Below, one piece after another: positions 32,885 to 41,112 of a stretch of 64,000 nt of DNA. How positions within the stretch are numbered: the stretch's first letter is position 1; each line of letters opens with the position of its first letter. The notes under the pieces were generated by a model. That model did no database searches and was not told where the DNA came from. It saw only the letters and a list, made by a program, of their open reading frames with translations. Origin of the DNA: Deltaproteobacteria bacterium RIFCSPLOWO2_02_FULL_50_16 (lineage in GTDB: Bacteria > UBA10199 > 2-02-FULL-50-16); NCBI GenBank assembly GCA_001798715.1, contig MGSF01000045.1:18576-82575 (forward strand). The letters run 5' to 3'. The position numbers were made by a program, and so were the translations under genes.

Positions 32885-33025
32885 TGTTGTTTTACCCCCG
32901 CCCTCACACCTTTGGTGTGAGGACCCATCGCCCCTCTGGGGCTTCGGGGTACCAGTCCTCCGGACTGGTACAGGAGGCTTTCAGAATGGATTCCTCCCCG
33001 CCCTAAATGTTACACATTTAGGACA
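32885..33025. repeat. Cluster of GC-rich perfect hairpins (REP-like) between apt and tRNA-Arg
   Basis: CCTCACACCtttGGTGTGAGG, GCCCCtctGGGGC, and GGTACCAGTCCtccGGACTGGTAC (11-bp perfect stem). Contains the 18-mer TCGCCCCTCTGGGGCTTC, which also occurs at 55937-55954. Confidence 0.45.
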
Positions 33026-33085
33026 GGGGGCTTTCGCAGTCGATCAAAAAGGAAGGTTTCCTTTATGGGGACTGCGAAAGCCCCC
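33026..33085 (+). promoter_or_regulatory. Leader hairpin whose 3' arm includes nt 1-6 of tRNA-Arg(CCT)
   Basis: GGGGGCTTTCGCAGTC ... GACTGCGAAAGCCCCC is a perfect 16-bp stem. The loop carries AAGGAAGGTTTCCTTTATGG. Confidence 0.5.
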
Positions 33086-33152
33086 GTAGCTCAATGGATA
33101 GAGCGGCGCACTCCTAACGCGTAGGTTGGGTGTTCAATTCACCCCGGGGGCG
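33080..33152 (+). tRNA. tRNA-Arg (anticodon CCT)
   Basis: Cloverleaf: acceptor GCCCCCG/CGGGGGC, D-arm GCTC AATGGATA GAGC, anticodon loop CTCCTAA, T-arm GGGTG TTCAATT CACCC, discriminator G. There is one A:C mismatch at the base of the anticodon stem. Confidence 0.8.
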
Positions 33153-33237
33153 CAAAATTCGGGAGTGTAGGGCTGGTGACACCAGCCCTGCGCGACCAGA
33201 ATTTTGCTGTACTCATCCCTCCCAGGGATGAGTGCGC
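33153..33237 (+). repeat. Structured tRNA trailer, copy 1 (~85 nt, three hairpins)
   Basis: GCAAAATTC...GAATTTTGC closing stem enclosing GGGCTGGTGacaCCAGCCC, followed by CTCATCCCtcccaGGGATGAG. Near-identical copy at 33597-33681. Confidence 0.6.
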
Positions 33238-33294
33238 CAAAACGTGATTCGCCCCTGCCCTCGGCCCCAATGTGTTACACCTGGGCCGAGGACT

Positions 33295-33353
33295 AGGGGC
33301 TTTCGAAGTAAAATATTAAGGAAGAATCCTTTGTGGGTACTTCGAAAGCCCCT
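33295..33353 (+). promoter_or_regulatory. Leader hairpin whose 3' arm includes nt 1-6 of tRNA-Arg(CCG); paralogous to 33026-33085 with compensatory changes
   Basis: AGGGGCTTTCGAAGTA ... TACTTCGAAAGCCCCT is a perfect 16-bp stem. Loop is TTAAGGAAGAATCCTTTGTGG. Three positions covary with leader 1 and the stem stays perfect. Confidence 0.5.
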
Positions 33354-33419
33354 GTAGCTCAGTGGATAGAGCAGTGGCCTCCGAAGCCATGTGCGGGTGT
33401 TCGATTCACCCCAGGGGCG
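33348..33419 (+). tRNA. tRNA-Arg (anticodon CCG)
   Basis: Acceptor GCCCCTG/CAGGGGC, D-arm GCTC AGTGGATA GAGC, anticodon stem GTGGC/GCCAT with loop CTCCGAA, T-arm GGGTG TTCGATT CACCC, discriminator G. Confidence 0.8.
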
Positions 33420-33420
33420 C

Positions 33421-33464
33421 CAAAATGTTTTGGGAGGGTTGCCCCCCTCCCAAAACATTTTTTG
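33421..33464 (+). terminator. Rho-independent terminator after tRNA-Arg(CCG)
   Basis: CAAAATGTTTTGGGAGGG / CCCTCCCAAAACATTTT is a ~17-bp perfect stem followed by TTTTTGG. Confidence 0.6.
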
Positions 33465-33576
33465 GTCCCTGAGGATGTTTGAGAACATCAGCGTCGAAAG
33501 ACGCTTGTGTTCGACGCGCGTAGCACCTGCTGAGAGCAGGTGCAAAGCCGCACCCGGAGCCAGCGAAGCTGGTGAA

Positions 33577-33596
33577 GGGTGTTCACCCCAGGGGCG
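33577..33596 (+). pseudogene. tRNA-Arg 3' fragment (T-arm remnant plus acceptor 3' strand) preceding trailer copy 2
   Basis: GGGTGTTCA--CCCCAGGGGCG aligns to the 3' end of tRNA-Arg(CCG), GGGTGTTCGATTCACCCCAGGGGCG, with a 3-nt T-loop deletion. No intact 5' half is present upstream, only unrelated hairpins. Confidence 0.5.
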
Positions 33597-33681
33597 CAAA
33601 ATTCGGGAGTGCAGGGCTGGTGTCACCAGCCCTGCGCGACCAGAATTTTGCTGTACTCATCCCTCCCAGGGATGAGTGCGC
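33597..33681 (+). repeat. Structured tRNA trailer, copy 2
   Basis: 85 nt identical to 33153-33237 except for 2 substitutions (T>C at 33180/33610, A>T at 33191/33621). Confidence 0.6.
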
Positions 33682-33795
33682 AAGAGATTTGCTTGCGACT
33701 AAAGATGGAAGCCTGTTTGATGGCTTTTCTCAGGCCCTTTTCCGGTCGTTGGTCGGTAAGGTCATGTAAATATTGAGAAGATTTGAAAAAACCCA

Positions 33796-33824
33796 TTGAC
33801 AGTCCCCCCTAAAATTGCTACTTT
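33796..33824 (+). promoter_or_regulatory. Candidate sigma70 promoter for ihfB
   Basis: TTGACA, 17 nt, TACTTT. Confidence 0.3.
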
Positions 33825-33868
33825 CTTAGTGATATTAATGGATTACCGTAATTTTGAGGAGGAGGTTG

Positions 33869-34207
33869 ATGAACAAGTCGGGACTGATAGAATTGGTTTC
33901 TGACCGGGGTAAGATGACCAAGAAGAAGGCCGAAGATGTCGTCAATCTCATTTTCAACTCGATGATTGATGCCATGGCTAATGGCCAGAGGATTGAAATT
34001 CGAGGTTTGGGTAGTTTTGTCGTCAAGGAGTACCATGCCTATACAGGCCGGAATCCTCGAACAGGTGATTCTATCCAGGTAAGACCCAAAAAGCTTCCGT
34101 TTTTTAAGGTAGGTAAGGAGCTCAAAGAGAAGGTGAATGGGGGGCCTTTCCAAGAATCACCGGCCCTCTCTTCGTCGTCTTCGTCCGAGTCCGAATCCGA
34201 TAGTTAG
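33869..34207 (+). CDS. ihfB: Integration host factor beta subunit / HU-family protein with a Ser/Glu-rich C-terminal tail
   Basis: GRNPRTGDSIQVRPKKLPFFKVGKEL is an IHF-beta-like arm. Strong SD GAGGAGGAGG before the ATG at 33869. The C-terminus is SPALSSSSSSESESDS. Confidence 0.8.
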   Translation: MNKSGLIELVSDRGKMTKKKAEDVVNLIFNSMIDAMANGQRIEIRGLGSFVVKEYHAYTGRNPRTGDSIQVRPKKLPFFKVGKELKEKVNGGPFQESPALSSSSSSESESDS

Positions 34208-34267
34208 ACGGAATACCTATTGCCATAGAGTTTCCCCGTATGTCGTGGTTATGACAGGAGGGATTCT

Positions 34268-35377
34268 ATGGTGTCTCTGAGCGAAAATCAGTATTATCTA
34301 ATATCATTGTCTCAGGTGCCCCAGTTGGGGCCTGTGAAAATTAGGCGATTAGTCGATTTTTTCGGATCGGCCCAGTCTGTATTTCGTGCGAATCGCAAGG
34401 CACTTCAGGCTATTGAGGGACTTTCCCCGTCCATCATCCATGATCTCCTGGAAACGAGGTTGGACCGCTATCGTTACTGGTACGATCAATTGGGACGTCA
34501 TAGAATTAGTGTTGTCTCCTATTGGGATGAGGATTATCCGGATTTACTGAAACATATCTATGCCCCGCCTGTTCTCCTCTTTTATAGGGGATCCCTCTCT
34601 TTCTTAAAATCTTCGTTGTGTATTGCTGTTGTGGGTTCTCGTGTGCCCTCCCATTATGGACGCCAGGTCACAAAGTTCCTTTCACAACAATTAAGTCAAA
34701 GGGGGGTGGCTATTGTCAGCGGATTGGCTTGGGGGATCGACTCTCTCAGTCATCAGACGGCCCTGGAAAGTGGTGGCAACACAGGCGCCGTTGTGGCTCA
34801 CAGTTTGGATTATATTTATCCCAGGGAGCACCGATCTTTGGCCGAAAAAATTGAACTCCAAGGGGCCATCATTTCTGAATATGCCCTCAAAACCCCTCCT
34901 CATTCTCGTTTATTTCCATTGAGAAATCGCCTGATCAGTGGTCTTTGTCGAGGGGTGTTATTGATCGAAGCCAAGGAAAAGAGCGGGGCCCTGATCACCG
35001 CACGATGGGCCTTGGAGCAGAATCGAGAGGTCTTTGCGATTCCGGGATCTATTTTTTCCGACAGATCTTTGGGATGTCATCAGCTGATTCAAAAAGGGGC
35101 CAAATTGGTTTGCAGTATTGATGACATTCTAAGTGAGATGGGCAGTGATCCTCATTGGATACGGCCACAAGTTGCTAAAGAAACAAAAAAAAGGTATCAT
35201 TTCTCTTCTGAGGAGCAAGAGGTTATTGATATTATTGGAGAAGAAAGACGGCATGTTGATGAGATATATCAGAAATGTACTGTCAAAAGAGAGAGGATCG
35301 AAAAGATTCTTCTTGATTTTGAGATCAAAGGAATTGTACAGCAGCACCCCGGCCGCTATTACCAACAAAGGATTTAG
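34268..35377 (+). CDS. dprA: DNA processing protein A (Smf)
   Basis: Rossmann-like DprA core GSRVPSHYGRQ..SGLAWGIDS..., 369 aa. Confidence 0.9.
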   Translation: MVSLSENQYYLISLSQVPQLGPVKIRRLVDFFGSAQSVFRANRKALQAIEGLSPSIIHDLLETRLDRYRYWYDQLGRHRISVVSYWDEDYPDLLKHIYAPPVLLFYRGSLSFLKSSLCIAVVGSRVPSHYGRQVTKFLSQQLSQRGVAIVSGLAWGIDSLSHQTALESGGNTGAVVAHSLDYIYPREHRSLAEKIELQGAIISEYALKTPPHSRLFPLRNRLISGLCRGVLLIEAKEKSGALITARWALEQNREVFAIPGSIFSDRSLGCHQLIQKGAKLVCSIDDILSEMGSDPHWIRPQVAKETKKRYHFSSEEQEVIDIIGEERRHVDEIYQKCTVKRERIEKILLDFEIKGIVQQHPGRYYQQRI

Positions 35378-35380
35378 GAA

Positions 35381-37672
35381 ATGGCACCATCACTAGTCAT
35401 CGTTGAATCCCCAGCAAAGGCGAAAACGATAAAAAAATATCTTGGACGCAATTATAGCGTCATGGCCTCGATAGGTCATATCAAGGATTTGCCGAAGAGT
35501 AAGTTGGGGGTTGATGTTGAGAAGGGGTTTGAGCCCACCTATGTTGTCATTAAGGAAAAAAAGGGTGTTATTGACAAGATTATTCAGTTGGCCGCAGAGG
35601 CCGATGATATTTTCCTGGCCCTGGATAATGATCGTGAGGGAGAGGCTATTGCTTGGCATATTGCAGAGGAAATTGAGACGAGGCTCAAGAAAAAATCCAA
35701 GGAGAATAAGAAGGGCATTCATCGCATACTTTTCAATGAAATTACTAAAAAAACCATCCAAGAATCCATTAAAAAACCTCAAAAATTAGACCTGCATCTT
35801 TTTGAGTCTCAGCAGGCCAGGCGTATTTTGGATCGTTTGGTGGGTTATAAGGTCAGTCCTCTTTTATGGGAGAGGGTGCAACGGGGATTGTCAGCGGGTC
35901 GCGTACAGACTGTTGCCCTGCGTCTGGTATGTGAGAGGGAAAAAGAAATAAGGAATTTTAAATCAGAGGAATACTGGTCCTTTCACGCTAGCCTCAAGGG
36001 TTCGCAAGGAGATCCCTTTCAGGCCGATCTTGTCTCTTATCAGGGGGAGAAATTGAGGGTTCAGGATGAAAAAGAGGCCAAGTTCTATGTGGCTGGGGCC
36101 CAAAAACACCCGTTTATCCTTCAAAAAATCACCAAAAAAGAGAGGCAGAGACATCCTACTCCTCCTTTTATTACGAGTAAATTGCAGCAGGATGCGGCCC
36201 GGAAATTGGGTTTTTCTCCAAAAAAGACCATGATGTTGGCACAGCAGCTCTATGAAGGGATGGAGTTGGACAATGAAGACATTGTGGGCCTGATTACTTA
36301 CATGAGGACGGATTCTGTCCGTGTATCCGATATTGCCATTGATGAAGTGAGGGATTTTATCCTCGATCGATATGGCAAGAAATATCTTCCAGGTTCAAAG
36401 AATGAATATAAGGGCAAGAAAGGGGCCCAAGATGCCCATGAAGCCATTCGTCCGACCTCTGCACTCAGGATTCCCGAAAAGGTTCAGAAGTATTTGTCCA
36501 AGGATCAATATTTGCTTTATGACTTGATTTGGAAACGGTTTGTGGCCTCTCAGATGACTTCCGCTATGTATGATCAAACATCCTTTGATATAGATTCGAA
36601 GGAATATGGATGGCGTGCCAATGGTTCTATCTTGCGGTTTTCCGGATTTTTGGAGGTTTACTCTGAAGGAGTTGATGAAAAAGACGAGGAAGAAGAATCT
36701 GGAAAGATACTTCCTGATCTCAAAGAGGGGGAGACCCTGAAACTCCTCGAAATCAAACCCCTGCAGCATTTTACGGAACCTCCCCCGCGATTTAGCGAGG
36801 CTTCCCTCATCAAGGAGTTGGAAGAGGATGGGGTGGGACGCCCTTCAACGTATGCGTCGATTATGAGCAACATTCAGGACAGGGGTTATGTCAGAAAGCA
36901 GGATCGGCGGCTGTTTCCCAATGACTTGGGGATGATCGTGAACGATCTCCTCACGGAAAGTTTTCCTGACATCTTTAACGTCCAATTCACCGCCCAGATG
37001 GAAAATGAGCTGGATGAAGTGGAAGAGGGGAAAAGAACCTATGTGGAGGTCTTGACGGACTTTTATACGCCATTTCAAAAGACCCTGATTGAGGCCACGA
37101 AACACATGAAAAATATTAAACGACAAGAGATCAAGACAGATCTCTTTTGTCCGGAATGCAATAGTCCGATGATTATTAAATGGGGAAGACGGGGGGAGTT
37201 TTTGGCCTGTACGAATTATCCCGAATGTAAATATACGAGAGAATTTCAGCGGGATGAAGAGGGGGAAATACAACTCATGAAACGTGAGGTGACGGGTGAG
37301 ATGTGCGCCAAGTGTGCCGGTCAGATGATCATCAAATCGGGGCGTTTTGGAAAATTTCTCGCCTGTTCGAATTATCCTGGATGTAAGACCACCAGGGCCC
37401 TGACCGTTGGTGTGGGGTGTCCCTTGTGCAAGGGGAAAGTTGTTGAGAAGAGAACTCGTAAAGGTCGCAATTTTTACGGTTGTAGCAATTATCCAAAATG
37501 TAATTTTGCAACGTGGGACAAACCCCTCAAGCAGTCCTGCCCTCAATGCGGCTCCCCTTTTCTTATTCAGAAGGTGACCAAGACCTCTGGGACGCAGATA
37601 AAATGTCCGGAAAAGGATTGTGATTATATCCGTTCAACCGATGAAGAACCGGTGAAGGCTTCATCCAACTGA
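35381..37672 (+). CDS. topA: DNA topoisomerase I
   Basis: TOPRIM N-terminus (LVIVESPAKAKTI), catalytic core, and four C-terminal C4 zinc ribbons. Confidence 0.95.
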   Translation: MAPSLVIVESPAKAKTIKKYLGRNYSVMASIGHIKDLPKSKLGVDVEKGFEPTYVVIKEKKGVIDKIIQLAAEADDIFLALDNDREGEAIAWHIAEEIETRLKKKSKENKKGIHRILFNEITKKTIQESIKKPQKLDLHLFESQQARRILDRLVGYKVSPLLWERVQRGLSAGRVQTVALRLVCEREKEIRNFKSEEYWSFHASLKGSQGDPFQADLVSYQGEKLRVQDEKEAKFYVAGAQKHPFILQKITKKERQRHPTPPFITSKLQQDAARKLGFSPKKTMMLAQQLYEGMELDNEDIVGLITYMRTDSVRVSDIAIDEVRDFILDRYGKKYLPGSKNEYKGKKGAQDAHEAIRPTSALRIPEKVQKYLSKDQYLLYDLIWKRFVASQMTSAMYDQTSFDIDSKEYGWRANGSILRFSGFLEVYSEGVDEKDEEEESGKILPDLKEGETLKLLEIKPLQHFTEPPPRFSEASLIKELEEDGVGRPSTYASIMSNIQDRGYVRKQDRRLFPNDLGMIVNDLLTESFPDIFNVQFTAQMENELDEVEEGKRTYVEVLTDFYTPFQKTLIEATKHMKNIKRQEIKTDLFCPECNSPMIIKWGRRGEFLACTNYPECKYTREFQRDEEGEIQLMKREVTGEMCAKCAGQMIIKSGRFGKFLACSNYPGCKTTRALTVGVGCPLCKGKVVEKRTRKGRNFYGCSNYPKCNFATWDKPLKQSCPQCGSPFLIQKVTKTSGTQIKCPEKDCDYIRSTDEEPVKASSN

Positions 37673-37769
37673 GTTGCAGGGCAGCACATTCCCTTTAGGG
37701 AAATGAAGGTATTTGGTTTTTACGTATCAGTGGGATTTGAACTGATTAATATTGCCGCAGGGAGGTCCA

Positions 37770-39542
37770 ATGTCCTTCCATTCCTTGATAGTGTGTTTTG
37801 ATGGTGTCAAGAAAGGCCTGCCTCTGGCGTTTGTTTTTTTCCTTTGTATGACATTTTTCCTTCCCCTTCATTTGGAGGCCAAAAAGCGCTCTAGTTCTGA
37901 AAAAAAGGAGATAGAATCTCTCTTCCTCTGGTCGCATCAATTTCCGGGCGCCCTGCTTTATTTAGAACTGACTCCTCATGGCTGGCTTCATGCCGTGGCC
38001 CGTGAGGGCAAGGGCAAGAAATCCCCTGAAAGACGTTTTTTGCTCAATAGCGAGGGCCGTGTTGTTTGGGAGGGGCCGGTTGCCATGACGGCCCTTTTGG
38101 CCGACAATCCATTTCCCGTCATCATGGAGGTACAGCAGACGGGTCTTGTTTTTCGGGCCATAAATTCTTCAGGTTCTGAGTCATGGCGTTATCCCCTTGA
38201 GGGAATTCCGGCCTCAACCATCATGGATCCTTCTTCCAAAACCATGCTGATGGTGATGATGCCCTATGAGTGGGGGACGGAACAGGAAAAATCCTATCAG
38301 GCCGATTTTTTGGCCTTGGATCTTCAGACGGGGACGGTGAAATGGAAGACCCCCCTGGGGGAGATTCGGGGTTCACTGACTTCATTTGGAGGTGAGATGG
38401 CCCTTTCCGATGATTCTCTGTGGTGGGCCGCAGGAGGAAGGGCAGCGTGTCTTCGCCTATCAACAGGTGAGTCAATGTGGAACATTGCGATTCCAAGAAA
38501 TGATGAGGCCAGTTCGGAATGGATTTTTACAGAATCAGGCGCTTTTATGGCGAAGGGGGGTCATATTCTCTCTTTTTCCCCTCAAGGGGCCCTTCAATGG
38601 GAGACCCTTATTAAGGAGGGGTTAAGCCTCAATGGATTTGGGAGGGGCACCTCTGGTATTGCGGCCTCCTTTGTGGGAGAAAAAAAAGTGGATCTTGTTG
38701 TTTTGGATCCGGTCTCGGGGAAAATTCTGTGGCAGAAGGACTTTAAACATAATGTGAAAAAAGAGGGGCCACCGCCCAGGGGTTTGGTGGTGAGTCATGA
38801 TAGGGTCAGCCTTGCCATGGATCAGAGGCTTATAGGATTTGAACTCTCGTCGGGAGAAGAGGTCTATTCCCATAAATTAAAGAACAAGATATTTCAGGGA
38901 CTCAATGAGATAAGGTCCTTTGATCAGCATTTTGTCCTGGTGGGTTTTGATGGTGTCAGGGGATATGGCATCAAGGACGGAAAGAAGCTTTGGGAACAGA
39001 CCGATTTTGTGGATCCTGTTTTTGAGATACGTAAGACCCGTGAGGCGACTCTCAGTGTGGCCCTATCAGGGATGCAAGGAGGTCTCTCCCCCGGGGCCAA
39101 AAAGGCGTGGAAGGAATACGAGTCGGGATCCAGGGATTTTACATCGGCGGCCATGGAGGCCTCCTTTCAACAGCAAATGTATAGACAACAACAACAAGCA
39201 CAGAATCAAAGGGCCACAAAGAATCTTTCGGGGGCGATCGGCAAATTTGCCGAAATAGACTTGACCCTTGTCAATCGACGATTGGGATCTCGCTATGCCC
39301 AGTTTTATCGCCATCGTGGCAGCAGCTTTATGAATTTAAAAAATGTTGAAGCCCTTGATGGAGCCCTAGTCGATTTGACGACAGGAGAAGTTCATGTGGG
39401 GGGTGTCAAGGATTCAAAAACAGCTTGTGTCTCCCAGCTCCTTGTGGATCCTGAGGGGCAGAGAATTATTCAGGCCTATCGACAAATGGCACTCATGTGT
39501 AAGGATGAGGATCTTATTGAGGTCTATCGTTTCACACCGTAA
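37770..39542 (+). CDS. Secreted PQQ-like beta-propeller repeat protein (BamB-like fold), Gln-rich C-terminal region
   Basis: ATG at 37770 with SD GGGAGG, signal peptide, repeated 'W..G.....S' propeller-like blades. Q-rich stretch QQQMYRQQQQAQNQ. Confidence 0.6.
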   Translation: MSFHSLIVCFDGVKKGLPLAFVFFLCMTFFLPLHLEAKKRSSSEKKEIESLFLWSHQFPGALLYLELTPHGWLHAVAREGKGKKSPERRFLLNSEGRVVWEGPVAMTALLADNPFPVIMEVQQTGLVFRAINSSGSESWRYPLEGIPASTIMDPSSKTMLMVMMPYEWGTEQEKSYQADFLALDLQTGTVKWKTPLGEIRGSLTSFGGEMALSDDSLWWAAGGRAACLRLSTGESMWNIAIPRNDEASSEWIFTESGAFMAKGGHILSFSPQGALQWETLIKEGLSLNGFGRGTSGIAASFVGEKKVDLVVLDPVSGKILWQKDFKHNVKKEGPPPRGLVVSHDRVSLAMDQRLIGFELSSGEEVYSHKLKNKIFQGLNEIRSFDQHFVLVGFDGVRGYGIKDGKKLWEQTDFVDPVFEIRKTREATLSVALSGMQGGLSPGAKKAWKEYESGSRDFTSAAMEASFQQQMYRQQQQAQNQRATKNLSGAIGKFAEIDLTLVNRRLGSRYAQFYRHRGSSFMNLKNVEALDGALVDLTTGEVHVGGVKDSKTACVSQLLVDPEGQRIIQAYRQMALMCKDEDLIEVYRFTP

Positions 39543-39622
39543 TGTTATAACATTATGTTAGTCGTTCCTGAAAGAGTCCTTATAAGGCAAGGGGAGCCCC
39601 AATATTTTCTTTCGCTTTATGC

Positions 39623-39699
39623 CCTAATCCGCTATCGGCGGATTAGGACAAGCTTGAAAAGTCAATAACTTGTGGGCCGCAAGGAAATTGACTTTTCAA
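39623..39699 (+). promoter_or_regulatory. Nested perfect stem-loops in the 227-nt region upstream of trmFO
   Basis: CCTAATCCGCtatcGGCGGATTAGG (10-bp stem). Then TTGAAAAGTCAAT ... ATTGACTTTTCAA, a 13-bp stem whose loop contains the CTTGtgggccgCAAG hairpin. A 16-bp palindrome TAATGTTATAACATTA also lies at 39540-39555. Confidence 0.4.
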
Positions 39700-39768
39700 A
39701 AGCCGCTCAAGAAAAATTGGGACTCCCCTTGCCTTTCATGCCAAAATGAGACTTTTTCAGGGACAACT

Positions 39769-41088
39769 ATGTTAACATCTTTCGAGAAACCTGTGCATGT
39801 TATAGGCGGGGGCCTGGCGGGTGTGGAGGCGACATGGCAACTTTTGATCAAGGGGATTCCCGTTTGCCTTCATGAGATGCGTCCTCACACCCCCTCGCCC
39901 GTTCATCAAGGTGATGGCTTGGCCATGCTTGTCTGCAGCAATTCTTTTAAGTCCGAAAATCCAGAAAATGCCTCCCAGATCCTCAAAAATGAAATGCGTC
40001 ACATGCAGTCGCTGATTTTGACCGTTGCTGAGACGGTTCGCGTCCCGGCCGGACAGGCATTGGCTGTCGATAGGGATTTGCTCAGCAAAAAGATTACGCA
40101 AATTCTCGTCCAGCACCCTCTTTGTCACATTGAGCGGGGGGAAGTTTGTTCGCTGGATGACCTGCCCTCTGATGTCGATAAGGTCGTGGCGACAGGGCCC
40201 ATGACCTCTCCTCCGCTGATGCAATCTTTAGAGAAGCTCTGTGGTTTTAAGCGATTGTATTTTTATGATTGTCTGGCGCCCATTGTCTTTGCTGAGTCGA
40301 TTGACATATCGGTTGTTTTTCGGGCCGATCGCTATGATAAAGGGGCGCCGGGATATCTTAATTGTCCTTTAGACAAAGAGGCCTATTTAAGACTGGTGGC
40401 CTCGATTGCCGAGGCGGATCGTGTAGCCGAAAAACCTTACGAAAAAATGGAGCTTTTTGAGGGATGCCTTCCCATCGAGGAGATGGTGAGACGGGGTGAA
40501 AAGACACTGGCCTTTGGGCCCATGAAACCTGTGGGTCTTAGGGACCCTCGATCAGGAAAGAGGCCCTATGCCGTTGTTCAATTGCGCCAGGAGGATCAAT
40601 ACGGGGGTTTATATAGTATGGTGGGGTGTCAGACCCGCATGAAGGTCAAGGATCAGAAGAGGGTCTTTTCGATGATACCGGGATTGGAAAATGCGGAGTT
40701 TGCCCGTTATGGCTCCATGCACCGCAATGCCTATATCCGATCACCGGTCCTTCTCAATGAGGATTTCTCCCTCAAAAAGGATCCCCATGTTTATTTTGCG
40801 GGACAGATTACAGGGGTTGAGGGGTATATGGAGTCGGCCTCCATGGGGCTTTGGGTGGGCTGGAATATTGCCAGGAGGCGCGAAGGAAGATCCCGATCTA
40901 TTCCTCCGGCGACAACGGCCATGGGGGCCCTGATTCGCCACGTGACCCATTCGACAGGGAAGTCGTTTGAACCCATGAATATCAATTGGGGACTTATTGC
41001 AGGACCTCTGAGTCCTTTACCCAAAGATCGCCGTGATGCCTCTCTTGAAAGCCTTTCTCATTTTCTTCAGTGGCTTGAAAAAGATTGA
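39769..41088 (+). CDS. trmFO: Methylenetetrahydrofolate--tRNA-(uracil54-C5)-methyltransferase TrmFO (Gid)
   Basis: FAD-binding N-terminus VHVIGGGLAGVEATWQL. The ORF track's earlier start lies inside the upstream hairpins. Confidence 0.9.
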   Translation: MLTSFEKPVHVIGGGLAGVEATWQLLIKGIPVCLHEMRPHTPSPVHQGDGLAMLVCSNSFKSENPENASQILKNEMRHMQSLILTVAETVRVPAGQALAVDRDLLSKKITQILVQHPLCHIERGEVCSLDDLPSDVDKVVATGPMTSPPLMQSLEKLCGFKRLYFYDCLAPIVFAESIDISVVFRADRYDKGAPGYLNCPLDKEAYLRLVASIAEADRVAEKPYEKMELFEGCLPIEEMVRRGEKTLAFGPMKPVGLRDPRSGKRPYAVVQLRQEDQYGGLYSMVGCQTRMKVKDQKRVFSMIPGLENAEFARYGSMHRNAYIRSPVLLNEDFSLKKDPHVYFAGQITGVEGYMESASMGLWVGWNIARRREGRSRSIPPATTAMGALIRHVTHSTGKSFEPMNINWGLIAGPLSPLPKDRRDASLESLSHFLQWLEKD

Positions 41089-41112
41089 TTATGCTTATGG
41101 TTTTCGCTACTA

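Noticed and set aside
33213-33626. 137-aa minus-strand ORF
   Set aside because: Spans tRNA-Arg(CCG) and the GC-rich hairpins on the antisense strand. An artefact of GC-rich repeats (contains the tRNA-antisense signature ..LLYPLSYRG..).
33153-33690. tRNA-Arg locus as an integrated mobile-element att site (direct repeats plus a tRNA 3' fragment)
   Set aside because: Only ~440 bp lies between the repeats and it encodes another tRNA-Arg and a terminator, with no integrase or cargo. Both repeat copies carry identical downstream sequence, which fits tandem duplication of a tRNA unit better than attL/attR. Kept as a finding but not called a mobile element.
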